The notes beneath the pieces are model-generated. The model had not been told where the DNA came from. It did no database searches and saw only the letters and a list, made by a program, of their open reading frames with translations. Position numbers and translations under genes: made by a program. DNA of 64,000 nt from Thermoproteota archaeon (GTDB lineage Archaea > Korarchaeota > Korarchaeia > Korarchaeales > Korarchaeaceae): contig JAOZGC010000002.1 of the NCBI GenBank assembly GCA_027491915.1, positions 64,001 to 128,000 of the forward strand, read 5' to 3'. Positions 17,443 through 27,249 of this stretch are shown here, in pieces. The stretch's first letter is position 1. Every line of letters begins with the position of its first letter.

Positions 17443-19821
17443 GTGCTCACACCAGAACCGATGGTTAGGTTCTACGCGTACACCACGAGGGCTTCGCGGA
17501 GAAATCTGGCCGAGGCGCTGGTGGAGTTCGGTGAGGTCCACGTGGAAAGGCCAGAATGGATCCCGGGGGTCTCCCCTCCCAAGGACGTCAAGGTAGAGAC
17601 CCTTAATCTCTACAGGTCGTTGAGGGAGGTGCTGGACAGGGTGGTCTCCCTGGGAATAACCCCGGGAGAGGCCGCCGGAGGGGCGAGCCGGGCGGAGGCC
17701 GAGGATCTCAGGAGGGAGGCCGAATCTCTAATATCTTCTCTTTTGGAGGAGGAAAAGAAGTTAGAATTGGCAAAAAAGGCAAAATCAATCATTAAAGATA
17801 GAGAAAAAAGAAAAGAAGTTTTGGAAGAGAGGCTCAGGAGATTGGAGGAGGCCATAAGCTCCTACTATGAGGTGGCCGCCAGGGTGATAGCAGAGGAGCC
17901 AGAGAAGCTTAGGTTGGGTAGGATCCTGTTGGACATGGAGAGGGAAATATCGGCCATCTCCTCAGCCCTGAGGATCTGCTCAGATCCTTCCACCAGCACC
18001 TCGGATGCCAGGGAACTCCTAACCTCGGCAACGGAGCACCTGGATATCTTGCGCACCCTGATGAGGGACGTCTTCCCACACGTCCCCCATGCGATTTACG
18101 AGGAGATGGAGGAGATGGTCGACAGGGCGGCGGACAGGCTGTCATCTGCCCTGAGAGAGGTGAACAGGGCGCTCAAGAGGGAGGACGAGATCTCCGAGAT
18201 GAGGCTCGTCGAGGGCATGTGGAAGCGAATAGAGGAGTCTTCCAAGAGGATAGTGGCCCTCTCTCCCCTCGTTGTCGGCGAGTCCAGGATGTCAGAGCTG
18301 AGGGCTAAAATAGAGGAGATGGAGGCTGAGAAGGACTCCCTCCTGGCCGCAGCCCGGAGCGAGATAGAGGCGGCCGCCGGCCTTGTTAGGGAGCTCGCGA
18401 GCAGGTTCGCCTCCGTGAGGAAAAATCTCATATCCATAGAGGCGGTTGAGGTGGGGGAGGCCGAGAGGAGGCTCTCCGATGTGATCAGTGAGGCCCAACC
18501 TATCTATCTCGAGATCCAGAAGATAGAGGCCGAGTTGGAGGAGCTCTCCGAAGCCGCCTCCCCCCGATTTGTGAGGAGGGCCAGGGAGGAGAGGGACCTC
18601 ATCAGGAAGAAACTCGCCGCCGTTTCGGCCCGCATAGTGGCCCTCATGATGGATCTGAGATCGGAGGCGGCCGCAGAGAAGCTGGAATCCGACTTCCTGA
18701 TGGAGGGGGAGCACATGGTCGTGGCCGCCGGCTGGGTGCCGAGGGACAGGGCCGGCGACCTAGAGGGTCTACTGAGGGAGAGGCTCTCCGGATTTGTGGC
18801 CGTGGAGTTCGAGCCCCCGGAGGAGGAATCTAGGCCGCCCACCCTGGTGAGGCTGAAGAAGATATTCGAGCCCTTCAGGCTGCTGACTCACAAGATGTAC
18901 GGTCTACCATCCCCCAACGAGATGGATCCGACCCCGCTGGTATCCTTCCTCTTCCCGCTGATGTTCGGTTTCATGTACGGCGATCTAGGTCACGGCATCG
19001 CGCTGGCCCTCTTCGGGCTGATCGTCAGGGTGAGATCCGGTTCCGAGACCATGAGGGACTTCGGGGGGGTTCTCCTCTACAGCGGAATCGCGGCCTCCGT
19101 GTTCGGCGCCGCGTACGGCGAGCTCTTCTTCCTGAGGCTCCCCTACGAGCCGATGCTCCCTCCCCCGGTGGAGAACCCCATAGCCCTCTCCGGACTGGCG
19201 GTCATGGTCGGGGCGGCCGAGCTCTCCCTCGCCTTCCTCCTCGAGGGGATCAACAGGCTCATTTCCAGGGAGACCGCGGCCGCCCTGCTGGAGTTCAAGG
19301 GATTCGCGACCCTCCTCATGTACATCGGGGCGGCATACGCCGTATACAGGAACGGCGGGGACGTGATGTCGACTCTGCGCGACCCGCTCCTCCTGGCCAT
19401 GGCCATCCCGCTTTTCGTGACGGCGGTCTACCCGGTCGTGGAAGCCCGGGCGAGGGGACGCGGAGCGGCCGAAGGGGTGATAGAGGGCTTCATAACGATT
19501 CTGGAGAGCGTCTTGGGGCTGCTGAGCAACTCCCTATCTTATCTGAGGTTGGCCGGGTTCGCGGTGTCCCACGCAGCCTTCGGCCTGTTGGCCTGCGAGA
19601 TGGCCTTCGGAACCCACTGCACCGTCTCCAACATACTGCCCGAGTCCGCAGCCTCCCCGACCGGCCTGCTCATAGTCATATTCTTCAATCTGTTCGCCAT
19701 GGGGATGGAGGGGATGCTCTCCTTCATACAAGCCACTAGGCTCACCTTCTACGAGTTCTTCACCAAGTTCTTCTCCGCCAGCGGAGTCCCTTTCAGGACC
19801 CCGGAGGAGCTGATCGATTGA
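17443..19821 (+). CDS. atpI: A/V-type ATP synthase subunit I
   Basis: GWVP, PPTL, YGLP..NEMDPT, FGFMYGDLGHG, SNSLSYLRL, RLTFYEFFTKF; GTG start after a GAGGTG SD. Confidence 0.95.
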   Translation: MLTPEPMVRFYAYTTRASRRNLAEALVEFGEVHVERPEWIPGVSPPKDVKVETLNLYRSLREVLDRVVSLGITPGEAAGGASRAEAEDLRREAESLISSLLEEEKKLELAKKAKSIIKDREKRKEVLEERLRRLEEAISSYYEVAARVIAEEPEKLRLGRILLDMEREISAISSALRICSDPSTSTSDARELLTSATEHLDILRTLMRDVFPHVPHAIYEEMEEMVDRAADRLSSALREVNRALKREDEISEMRLVEGMWKRIEESSKRIVALSPLVVGESRMSELRAKIEEMEAEKDSLLAAARSEIEAAAGLVRELASRFASVRKNLISIEAVEVGEAERRLSDVISEAQPIYLEIQKIEAELEELSEAASPRFVRRAREERDLIRKKLAAVSARIVALMMDLRSEAAAEKLESDFLMEGEHMVVAAGWVPRDRAGDLEGLLRERLSGFVAVEFEPPEEESRPPTLVRLKKIFEPFRLLTHKMYGLPSPNEMDPTPLVSFLFPLMFGFMYGDLGHGIALALFGLIVRVRSGSETMRDFGGVLLYSGIAASVFGAAYGELFFLRLPYEPMLPPPVENPIALSGLAVMVGAAELSLAFLLEGINRLISRETAAALLEFKGFATLLMYIGAAYAVYRNGGDVMSTLRDPLLLAMAIPLFVTAVYPVVEARARGRGAAEGVIEGFITILESVLGLLSNSLSYLRLAGFAVSHAAFGLLACEMAFGTHCTVSNILPESAASPTGLLIVIFFNLFAMGMEGMLSFIQATRLTFYEFFTKFFSASGVPFRTPEELID

Positions 19822-19884
19822 ACGTTCCGTTCAAATCTTTATATGGGATGGCCGTCGCCCCCCGTGGCCACGAGGTGGATCGTG

Positions 19885-20238
19885 ATGACCAAGATCGGCG
19901 GTATTAGGAGGCTCGCCCTCATCACCGTGGTGGCGCTGCCTGCCATCCTCCTGCCCCTGTCAATAAATCAGACGCTTACTCTGGCCGCCCAGCCGGAGGT
20001 GAGCGGGTCCCCGCCGGGCGGAGATTCCAGGGGCCTGGCCTTCCTGGGGGCCGCGGTGGCCGTCCTGGGGAGCACCATAGGAGCGGGTATAGCGCTGTAC
20101 GGGGTGGGGGTCGGCGGCAGCGCCCTCCTGGCGGAGAGGCCCGACCAGTTCACCGCCGTGCTCATACTGGGGGGACTATCCGAGGGGGTCGCGATATACG
20201 GGCTGCTGATAGGCATCATGATCCTGGGGAAGATCTAG
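19885..20238 (+). CDS. atpK: A/V-type ATP synthase subunit K (proteolipid c)
   Basis: GAAVAV...GAGIA...AERP...LSEGVAIYGL with the conserved Glu; hydrophobic N-terminal extension. Confidence 0.93.
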   Translation: MTKIGGIRRLALITVVALPAILLPLSINQTLTLAAQPEVSGSPPGGDSRGLAFLGAAVAVLGSTIGAGIALYGVGVGGSALLAERPDQFTAVLILGGLSEGVAIYGLLIGIMILGKI

Positions 20239-20293
20239 ACTAAGACGGTATACAGACCGGATCGTCTCAAACCCCCCACCTTTCATTTTCCTC

Positions 20294-21328
20294 TTATTTT
20301 CCCCTCCCGGCGGCGAGGAGGTCGTAGAGCTCTGGCCCCAGGATCCCGCTCACCCTCCCCAGGAGGAGGGTCTTGAACCTGGTCCACTCCCACTCACACT
20401 CTACGACGTACCACAGAACGTATGGTTTGTCTAGGGGATATCTGGAGGCGACCCTCCTTGTCCTCCCGACCGCGTCCCTGAAAAGGGCCAGCTCCATCAC
20501 CCACGGTTCACCCACCCTCTTCAGGCTGTCCAACATTAACAGAGCCGCCGACTTGTACTCTTCCAGACCGGACAGCCTGGTTATGGCATCCTCCAGATCT
20601 CCCGCCTCGAATACCGCCCTCAGGGCGTGCCCTCCTATCTTTCCCCTGAAGAGCTCGGAGAACCCTTTGACGTCCCTCCCCTCATAGTGCAGCTTCAGGG
20701 CGATCGCGAGCAGCCTTCTCTCCACGATTTCCCTGAGCACCCCCTCGGTTCTCGCGTCCCCGGTCGCCGCGGCGGCCTTATTTACCATCTCCCCGTGGGC
20801 GGTCTCGAGTCGAACGTCGAGCCTGGAGAGGTCCTCCCCATCCGAAGATCTCCAACTCTCCAGCGCCGACCTGACCTCGGCCTCTCTCACGAGCTGAACC
20901 AACTCTCCCAGATCCTCCGCCTTGGAGAGCACCCCAACATCCAAGAGGAACCCGCTCAGGGGGAGCATAGCCCCCTCTATCTCGCCCTTCCTCCCGGCCA
21001 TCAGGGCGTACACAATCCTCCTCAGATTCTCCAGGTCGTACCTGGCCGAGTAAACCCTTATGAGCCTCCTGAGGGGATCCGAAGTTAGAGATATTATCCT
21101 CCTGACTCTGAGGCCGAACACCCTGGCGGAGTTCCTTTCTATAGCTTTAGGATCCCTCAGATCCTCAGGAGAATCGAAGAACGGTCCGTACTCGGTGTTC
21201 GCCAGCTCTGAGAGCAGCCTCGAGTCGTCCTCTATCAGGGCCCAGGACCTGAGCCTGTCCTCTGGTATGAGGTGGGTCCCCAGCCCATGGGCCCTTACCA
21301 CAACGTACGTGGATCTGCCGGAGGGCAA
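20294..21328 (-). CDS. atpC: A/V-type ATP synthase subunit C
   Basis: YVVVRAHGL, LANTEYG, RYDLENL; position in the operon. Confidence 0.8.
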   Translation of the reverse strand: MPSGRSTYVVVRAHGLGTHLIPEDRLRSWALIEDDSRLLSELANTEYGPFFDSPEDLRDPKAIERNSARVFGLRVRRIISLTSDPLRRLIRVYSARYDLENLRRIVYALMAGRKGEIEGAMLPLSGFLLDVGVLSKAEDLGELVQLVREAEVRSALESWRSSDGEDLSRLDVRLETAHGEMVNKAAAATGDARTEGVLREIVERRLLAIALKLHYEGRDVKGFSELFRGKIGGHALRAVFEAGDLEDAITRLSGLEEYKSAALLMLDSLKRVGEPWVMELALFRDAVGRTRRVASRYPLDKPYVLWYVVECEWEWTRFKTLLLGRVSGILGPELYDLLAAGRGK

Positions 21329-21955
21329 TCACTCACCTCTCTTGAGAACCCTGTACTTCTTCACCCTGAGAAACTCCTCCAGCCCTTCCTCCTCCAGGGA
21401 CTCCTCTATGTACCTTATGGCTTCCTCGTGCTCTGGTATCACCAGCTTCTCGAGAGAGTTGACCTTCCTCATGGTCTCGGCGAGATTCGAGGCTATCCTC
21501 TCGAACTTGGCCTCCACGTTGGCCACCCTTATCATCTCGTTGATCGCGTCGGCAAGCTTCCTCGCGGCCGCGATGACGGCCGCGTCCATGCTCGGTGTCG
21601 TCCTGACTTCCAGCGCCTCGACCTCCACCTCCGGCACCTCCACTCCTATCACGCTCCTCACCCTCATCTTGGTCTTCATGGGCCTGCTCAGCAGGGCGAC
21701 CTTCTTGGCCTCCCCGGGGCCGGCCGCGGCGAAGGCCATCCGGAGCATCTCGTAGGCCTCCACGAATCTGGCCTCGGCCTTTTCCCTCTTCCTGATCTCG
21801 GGGAGGAGGCCCTGGGCCTCCTTTATCAGCTGGTCCCTCTTCATCTTCAGGGCCTCGACCCCTCTCCTCAGGAAGCCGACCCTCTCCCTGAGCATTATCA
21901 GGAAACCCTTGGTGGCCACGATCCTGCCAACGGACTTGAAGGCCACTTCCCCCAC
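21329..21955 (-). CDS. atpD: A/V-type ATP synthase subunit D
   Basis: ATKGFL, LKMKRDQL, VIGVEVP, RKVNSLEKLVIP. Confidence 0.93.
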   Translation of the reverse strand: MGEVAFKSVGRIVATKGFLIMLRERVGFLRRGVEALKMKRDQLIKEAQGLLPEIRKREKAEARFVEAYEMLRMAFAAAGPGEAKKVALLSRPMKTKMRVRSVIGVEVPEVEVEALEVRTTPSMDAAVIAAARKLADAINEMIRVANVEAKFERIASNLAETMRKVNSLEKLVIPEHEEAIRYIEESLEEEGLEEFLRVKKYRVLKRGE

Positions 21956-21986
21956 CCGCCCGACGTCCGGTCGGTTTACCGCGATC

Positions 21987-23390
21987 TTATTCTCCCCCAG
22001 TCGGGGGCTTCCTCCTCGGGTGGTACTTCTCCAGGGTCCGGTCGCTTATTCTCGTGAGTTCGGTCTCGGGCAGCAGGGATATTATCCTCCAGGCTATGTT
22101 CAGGGTCTCCTCTATAGGCCTCCTCTCCTTATACCCCTGGGCCACGAACTCCGTCTCGAACCTCTTGGCGAATTCCAGGTAGGTCCTCTCCCTCTCGCTG
22201 AGCCCGGCCTCCCCTATTATCTGAACGAGCTCCCTGGCCCTCGTCCCCTCTTTATAGGCGGAGTACATCTGGTCGGCGACCTCCTTGTGATCCTCCCTGG
22301 TCTTGCCCCTGCCTATGCCGTCCTTCATCAACCTGCTCAGGCTCGGGAGGACGTTTATCGGCGGGTATATCCCCCTGTTGTTCAGGTCGAAATCCAGGAA
22401 GATCTGTCCCTCCGTTATGTAGCCGGTCAGGTCCGGTATGGGGTGGGTTAGATCCCCACCCGGCATCGTGAGGATCGGCATCATCGTGATGGATCCGGGC
22501 CTGCCCTTTATCCGCCCGGCCCTCTCGTAGATGCTGGCCAGGTCGCTGTACATGTATCCTGGGTACCCCTTCCTGCTGGGCACCTCCTCCCTGGCCGCGC
22601 TGAGCTCCCTCAGGGCCTCGCAGTAGTTGGTCATGTCGGTGAGTATCACCAGGACGTCCATGCCCTGGTCGAAGGCCAGGTATTCGGCGGCCGTCAGGGC
22701 CACCCTGGGCGTTGTTATCCTCTCTATCACCGGATCGTTGGCCAGATTGAGGAAGAGCACCGATCTGCTCAGGGCGCCGAACTTCTCGAACTCCCTCCTG
22801 AAGAAGAGCACCTCGTCGTGCTTCAACCCTATGGCCGCGAAGACTATCGCGAACCTCTCCTCCTTACCGGGAACTATCGCCTGCCTCGCTATCTGGGTCG
22901 CCACGTGATTGTGGGGCAGCCCGGATTCCGAGAATATGGGGAGCTTCTGACCCCTTACCAGACTGAGCATGCCGTCTATCGCCGATATCCCCGTCTCTAC
23001 GAACTCGTCGGGATAGTCCCTCATGGTCGGGTTGATCGGGGCGCCGTTTATGTCTCTCCTCTCCTCGGCCCTGACTGGAGGTCCCCCGTCTATGGGGACG
23101 CCCGAGCCGTTGAACACCCTGCCCAGGATCTCCATGGAGACCGGCAGCCTCAGGGGCTCGCCGGTGAACTTCACCAGGGAGCTCACATCTAGCCCCTCGG
23201 TGTCTCCCAATATCTGGATCACGGTGGAGTCGGAGGTCACCTCCAGAACCTGCCCCAGCCACTCCCTGCCGTCCTCCGAGTACACCCTGACGACCTCGTC
23301 GTAAGAGGCCTCGGGCACGCTCCTCATGACGACCAGGGGCCCCTTGACGGCCTTTATTCCCCTATAGGTCAGCCCGTAGATCTGGCTCAT
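21987..23390 (-). CDS. atpB: A/V-type ATP synthase subunit B
   Basis: [47 protein letters not shown]. Confidence 0.98.
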   Translation of the reverse strand: MSQIYGLTYRGIKAVKGPLVVMRSVPEASYDEVVRVYSEDGREWLGQVLEVTSDSTVIQILGDTEGLDVSSLVKFTGEPLRLPVSMEILGRVFNGSGVPIDGGPPVRAEERRDINGAPINPTMRDYPDEFVETGISAIDGMLSLVRGQKLPIFSESGLPHNHVATQIARQAIVPGKEERFAIVFAAIGLKHDEVLFFRREFEKFGALSRSVLFLNLANDPVIERITTPRVALTAAEYLAFDQGMDVLVILTDMTNYCEALRELSAAREEVPSRKGYPGYMYSDLASIYERAGRIKGRPGSITMMPILTMPGGDLTHPIPDLTGYITEGQIFLDFDLNNRGIYPPINVLPSLSRLMKDGIGRGKTREDHKEVADQMYSAYKEGTRARELVQIIGEAGLSERERTYLEFAKRFETEFVAQGYKERRPIEETLNIAWRIISLLPETELTRISDRTLEKYHPRRKPPTGGE

Positions 23391-25195
23391 GCCCTCACCT
23401 CCGCCATCAGGCTCGAGGCCTCGGCCTCCAGCCTGGAGACCGCCTCATCCAGCGCGGAGTCGAACTCCTCGGGGGGGACGAACTTCAACCTCCTGAGCGC
23501 CCCCAGCGACTTCATCCCCTGTATCGCCGACATCGGAACGCCGGCGTCCACCAAGGGCCTCAACCTGTCGTAGAACTCGGTGAACACCTTGAGCATGAGA
23601 GCCTGCTTCCTCGGGGGGCAGAAGGTGTCCACCTCGTGGTAGGCGTTCTGGACCAAGAACCCCTCTTTTATCAACTCGGCCGCCAGCAGGACCAACCTGT
23701 TCTCGTCGCTCAGGGCGGCCTCCCCCACCACCCTAGCGACCTCCTCGAGGCTCGACGCCCTCTGGAGAAGGGCCATCGCCTTGTCCCTGTACTCCATCAT
23801 GTCTTGTCCGGTCTCGGACAGCCACCAGTTTCTAAGGCCCTCCAGATACTTGGAGAAACTCCTGAGCCAATTTATGGCCGGGAAGTGCCTCTTGAACGCG
23901 AGGTCCTTGTCCAGCGCCCAGAACGCGCCCACGTATCTCATCGTGTGCTGGGTCACAGGTTCGTTGAAGTCCCCGCCTGACGGGCTGACCGCCCCTATTA
24001 TAGCCACCGAACCGACCTCATCCCGGTTCGAGCCAAGCACCCTAACCCTGCCGGCCCTCTCGTAGAAGGAAGCTATGAAGTCCGGCAGGTAGGCTGGGAA
24101 TCCCCTCTCAGATGGTATCTCTTCTAGTCTGGAGCTCAGCTCCCTGAGGGCCTCGGCCCACCTGCTGGTGGAGTCGGCCGTGAGCACCACGTGGAGGCCC
24201 ATGTCCCTGAAGTACTCCGCGTAGGTCACGCCTATGAAGATGCTGGCCTCCCTGGCCGGGACGGGCATGTTGCTGGTGTTCGCTATGAGGACGCTCCTCT
24301 CCATGAGCGGGCGGCCGGTCTTAGGATCAACTAGCTTCGGGAAGGTGTGCAGGAGGTCGGTCATCTCGTTTCCCCTCTCCCCACACCCGACGTACACCAC
24401 CACGTCCGCGTCTGCCCACTTCGACACCTGGTGCAGGGTGACCGTCTTTCCGGTGCCGAATCCCCCGGGTATGGCCACTGCTCCTCCCTTGACGGCCGGG
24501 AAGAAGGTGTCTATCACCCTCTGCCCGGTCACCAAGAGCTCGCTCGGGTCGAGTTTCTCCTTGAAGGGCCTGGGGATCCTGACCGGCCACCTGTGGTGCA
24601 TCTTCAGGTCTTCTCTCCCCCCGGGACCGGATAGGGTGGCGACCACCTCCTCCACGGTGTAGTCCCCCTCCGGGGCCACGTACTCAGCCCTGCCCCCGGC
24701 GGATCCGGGCGGCACCATTATCTTGTGCTCTATGGCCCCCTCCATCACCGTGCCTATCACGTCGCCCGGAGTGAGGGCGTCTCCCTGGGACGCCTTGGGA
24801 ACGAAGTGCCACACCTTGTCCCTGGGGAGTGTTGGCACCTCTATCCCCCTGGTTATGAAGGGCCCACCGGCCTCCTCGGCTATCCTCTTCAAGGGGCGCC
24901 CCAGGCCGTCCAGCACCAACCCCAGGAGGCCCGGCCCGAGCTCGGCGGACAGGGGCTCTCCGGTTCTCTTCACCGGCTCGCCCACCCTCATCCCGCTGGT
25001 CGGCTCGTAAACCTGGATTACTGCGACGTCCCCCCTTATCCTGACTATCTCCCCAATGAGCTCCTCCTCCCCGACTCGGACGATCTCCCTTATCTTTGCC
25101 CCTCTCATGCGATCCGCGGCGACCACCGGCCCCTTCACCTGAATGATCCGTCCGACGGCGGTTTCCTCCTCCCCCTCTCCCACAATCCGCTGCAT
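23387..25195 (-). CDS. atpA: A/V-type ATP synthase subunit A (no intein)
   Basis: Walker [34 protein letters not shown]. Confidence 0.98.
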   Translation of the reverse strand: MQRIVGEGEEETAVGRIIQVKGPVVAADRMRGAKIREIVRVGEEELIGEIVRIRGDVAVIQVYEPTSGMRVGEPVKRTGEPLSAELGPGLLGLVLDGLGRPLKRIAEEAGGPFITRGIEVPTLPRDKVWHFVPKASQGDALTPGDVIGTVMEGAIEHKIMVPPGSAGGRAEYVAPEGDYTVEEVVATLSGPGGREDLKMHHRWPVRIPRPFKEKLDPSELLVTGQRVIDTFFPAVKGGAVAIPGGFGTGKTVTLHQVSKWADADVVVYVGCGERGNEMTDLLHTFPKLVDPKTGRPLMERSVLIANTSNMPVPAREASIFIGVTYAEYFRDMGLHVVLTADSTSRWAEALRELSSRLEEIPSERGFPAYLPDFIASFYERAGRVRVLGSNRDEVGSVAIIGAVSPSGGDFNEPVTQHTMRYVGAFWALDKDLAFKRHFPAINWLRSFSKYLEGLRNWWLSETGQDMMEYRDKAMALLQRASSLEEVARVVGEAALSDENRLVLLAAELIKEGFLVQNAYHEVDTFCPPRKQALMLKVFTEFYDRLRPLVDAGVPMSAIQGMKSLGALRRLKFVPPEEFDSALDEAVSRLEAEASSLMAEVRA

Positions 25196-25201
25196 GGTCC
25201 A

Positions 25202-25834
25202 TCACCCGAACAGGATCTCCAAAATGTCTCCGTATCCCTCCTCCCAGACCCTCCTGAGCCTTCCCTCGAAGGTGTTATAGTACCTCACCGTGTCCTCCTC
25301 GTCCCTCACCACCACGCCCCCTATCGTGTTCAGACCTCGCCGATCGACCTCCACCTTCACGCCCATCTCCTGCTCCAGCTCGGCCGCCACCTCTCTCAGG
25401 ATCTCCAAGTCGGCGTCCCTCCCCATGATCACGACCGACCCAGAATTGATGGATTCGATGGCCTGCCTGGCCAGTCCCTTGATTATCACCCTGTAGTCAT
25501 ATTCGGCCCTCTTGCCGGAAGATACGGCCGCCAGCTCCTCTCTGGCCGCGTCGAACGCCTTCTTGATATACTCTGCCTTGATCCGCATGATGATCTTCTT
25601 CGCCTCCAACTCTGCTGCGCTCTCCCTCCTGCTCAGCTCGTCCCGCATCTCCCTCTCGGCCCTCTCCCTCCTCGACCTGATTATCTCTTCCGCCTGCCTC
25701 CTGGCCTCCTCAACTATCTCTTCCGCCCTGATCCTGGCCTCTTCTATCTTCTCCTCCGCCTTCTGTTTGGCCAACCCGAGTATGGCCGTAACTACGGCCT
25801 CCGCCCGCCCGCCCTCATCTCCCGTCAACCTCAA
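25202..25834 (-). CDS. atpE: A/V-type ATP synthase subunit E
   Basis: Long N-terminal coiled coil, IGGVVV, YNTFEGRL, ends ILFG. Confidence 0.88.
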   Translation of the reverse strand: MRLTGDEGGRAEAVVTAILGLAKQKAEEKIEEARIRAEEIVEEARRQAEEIIRSRRERAEREMRDELSRRESAAELEAKKIIMRIKAEYIKKAFDAAREELAAVSSGKRAEYDYRVIIKGLARQAIESINSGSVVIMGRDADLEILREVAAELEQEMGVKVEVDRRGLNTIGGVVVRDEEDTVRYYNTFEGRLRRVWEEGYGDILEILFG

Positions 25835-26117
25835 CCACCTTTCCCACTATGTATCTGACGGCCTGCGGGAGGGATCCGTCGGCCTTCAGCCTGAGCTGCT
25901 CGGCCCTCCTGCTCGCCTCCTCCAGCAGGGCCCTTATCTTTGCCTCCACCTCCCCGGCCACGCTCACCTCTATCGGAGCCTCCCTGGCCTCCCTCAGGAT
26001 CTCTTCAGCCTTGGCCCGCGCCTCTCCGATGATCCTCTCGGCTTCTCTCTCGGCCTGCTCAATGACGGCCTTGGCATCGGCCTCACTCTTCAAGAGGACC
26101 TCTATCAGCCTGGCCAT
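25815..26117 (-). CDS. atpH: A/V-type ATP synthase subunit H (G)
   Basis: 100-aa EA/RA-rich coiled coil between F and E. Confidence 0.75.
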   Translation of the reverse strand: MARLIEVLLKSEADAKAVIEQAEREAERIIGEARAKAEEILREAREAPIEVSVAGEVEAKIRALLEEASRRAEQLRLKADGSLPQAVRYIVGKVVEVDGR

Positions 26118-26129
26118 TTCGACACCTCC

Positions 26130-26471
26130 TCACACCTTCAGACTTTCGCTCCCGAGGGCCCTTATTAGGAGCTCCCTGAGCTCCCTGAATCTGACCCCCC
26201 TCGGCCCCTCCAGGTCGGGGACGACCGCGAAGACGGGCTTTACCAAACCCATCCTGAGGATCTCCCTCCTATATGGTTCTATCTCCTCATAAACCCTCTC
26301 ATTCACGAAGATCACGTGGGGGACGGAATCTCCCATGTCTCTTAAGAACTTCAGCAGATTCTTCCTCCCCCTGATGACGTGTGGCTCTATCCCGAGCATC
26401 GCGAACCCGAGCGCCAGGATGTCGTCATCCACCAGGGCTATCGGAGAGCCCTCCCCGGAGTCGCGATCCAC
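26130..26471 (-). CDS. atpF: A/V-type ATP synthase subunit F
   Basis: IALVDDDILALGFAMLGI...PVFAVVPD...LIRALG. Confidence 0.85.
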   Translation of the reverse strand: MDRDSGEGSPIALVDDDILALGFAMLGIEPHVIRGRKNLLKFLRDMGDSVPHVIFVNERVYEEIEPYRREILRMGLVKPVFAVVPDLEGPRGVRFRELRELLIRALGSESLKV

Positions 26472-26535
26472 CCCTCACCCCTCGGCCGACCGGCTCTCTG
26501 CTAATCTATAAAAACCGGGTGCCGGCGGGTGACCT

Positions 26536-26623
26536 GCGGGGGTGGCCGAGCCAGGTCAAAGGCGGCGGACTTAAGATCCGCTCCCCCAGGGGTTCGTGGG
26601 TTCAAATCCCACCCCCCGCACCA
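26536..26623 (+). tRNA. tRNA-Leu(TAA), CCA encoded
   Basis: GCGGGGGTGGCCGAG...GCGGA-CTTAAGA-TCCGC, long variable arm, GGTTCAAATCC...CCCCGCACCA. Confidence 0.96.
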
Positions 26624-26661
26624 GGGCCCGCCGCCTGGATCCCCCCGCCCACGGGTCGCCG

Positions 26662-27249
26662 GTGAGCCCATTGAGGGAGACAGAGGTCAAGCTTAGGATC
26701 GCCCACTCGGAATTCCTCGCGGCCCTGGAGAGGGCCGGCCTGACCTTCAGGGAGGAGGGAGGCTGGGAGGAACAGGAGGACATCTACCTGGACACCAAAG
26801 ATGGGGACCTGAGGAGGAGGGGGCTCGCGCTCAGGATCAGGGTGGTCGGGTCTGAGATCCTGGTCACTCTCAAGGGCGGCGCGTCATTTGGCCCATCCGG
26901 TGAGAAGGTGAGGGAAGAGCTGGAGCTCCCATTGACGGATCCCGGCGTCGCCGAGATCTTGGCCGCGGCCGGTTTGAGGATCGCCTCGCCGCCCTCCTCT
27001 CTGGAGGAGCTCTTCTCAGCCTTGGGACGCGGTGGGTTGATTCCTCGGGTGACCGTCAGGAAGAGGAGGAAGAAGATCTCTGTTCCGGGATGGAACTCCT
27101 TAGTCTTCCTCGATCTGGTGGATGGACTGGGAGAGTTCGTCGAGGTGGAGGGGGAGGACTCCCCCCGGCTCGTGGCCAAGCTGGGACTAGGGGATAGAGC
27201 GGTCAGGCTGACCTACGCCGATCTCGTGGAGGCCTTATCTCGCGTATGA
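26662..27249 (+). CDS. CYTH-domain protein (class IV adenylate cyclase-like)
   Basis: ETEVK, QEDIYLD, ALRIR, VTLKG, REELE, KRR, DLVDGLGEFVEVE. Confidence 0.88.
   Translation: MSPLRETEVKLRIAHSEFLAALERAGLTFREEGGWEEQEDIYLDTKDGDLRRRGLALRIRVVGSEILVTLKGGASFGPSGEKVREELELPLTDPGVAEILAAAGLRIASPPSSLEELFSALGRGGLIPRVTVRKRRKKISVPGWNSLVFLDLVDGLGEFVEVEGEDSPRLVAKLGLGDRAVRLTYADLVEALSRV

Noticed and set aside
23387-25195. Possible intein in ATP synthase subunit A
   Set aside because: Normal length, with continuous sequence across the Walker A region
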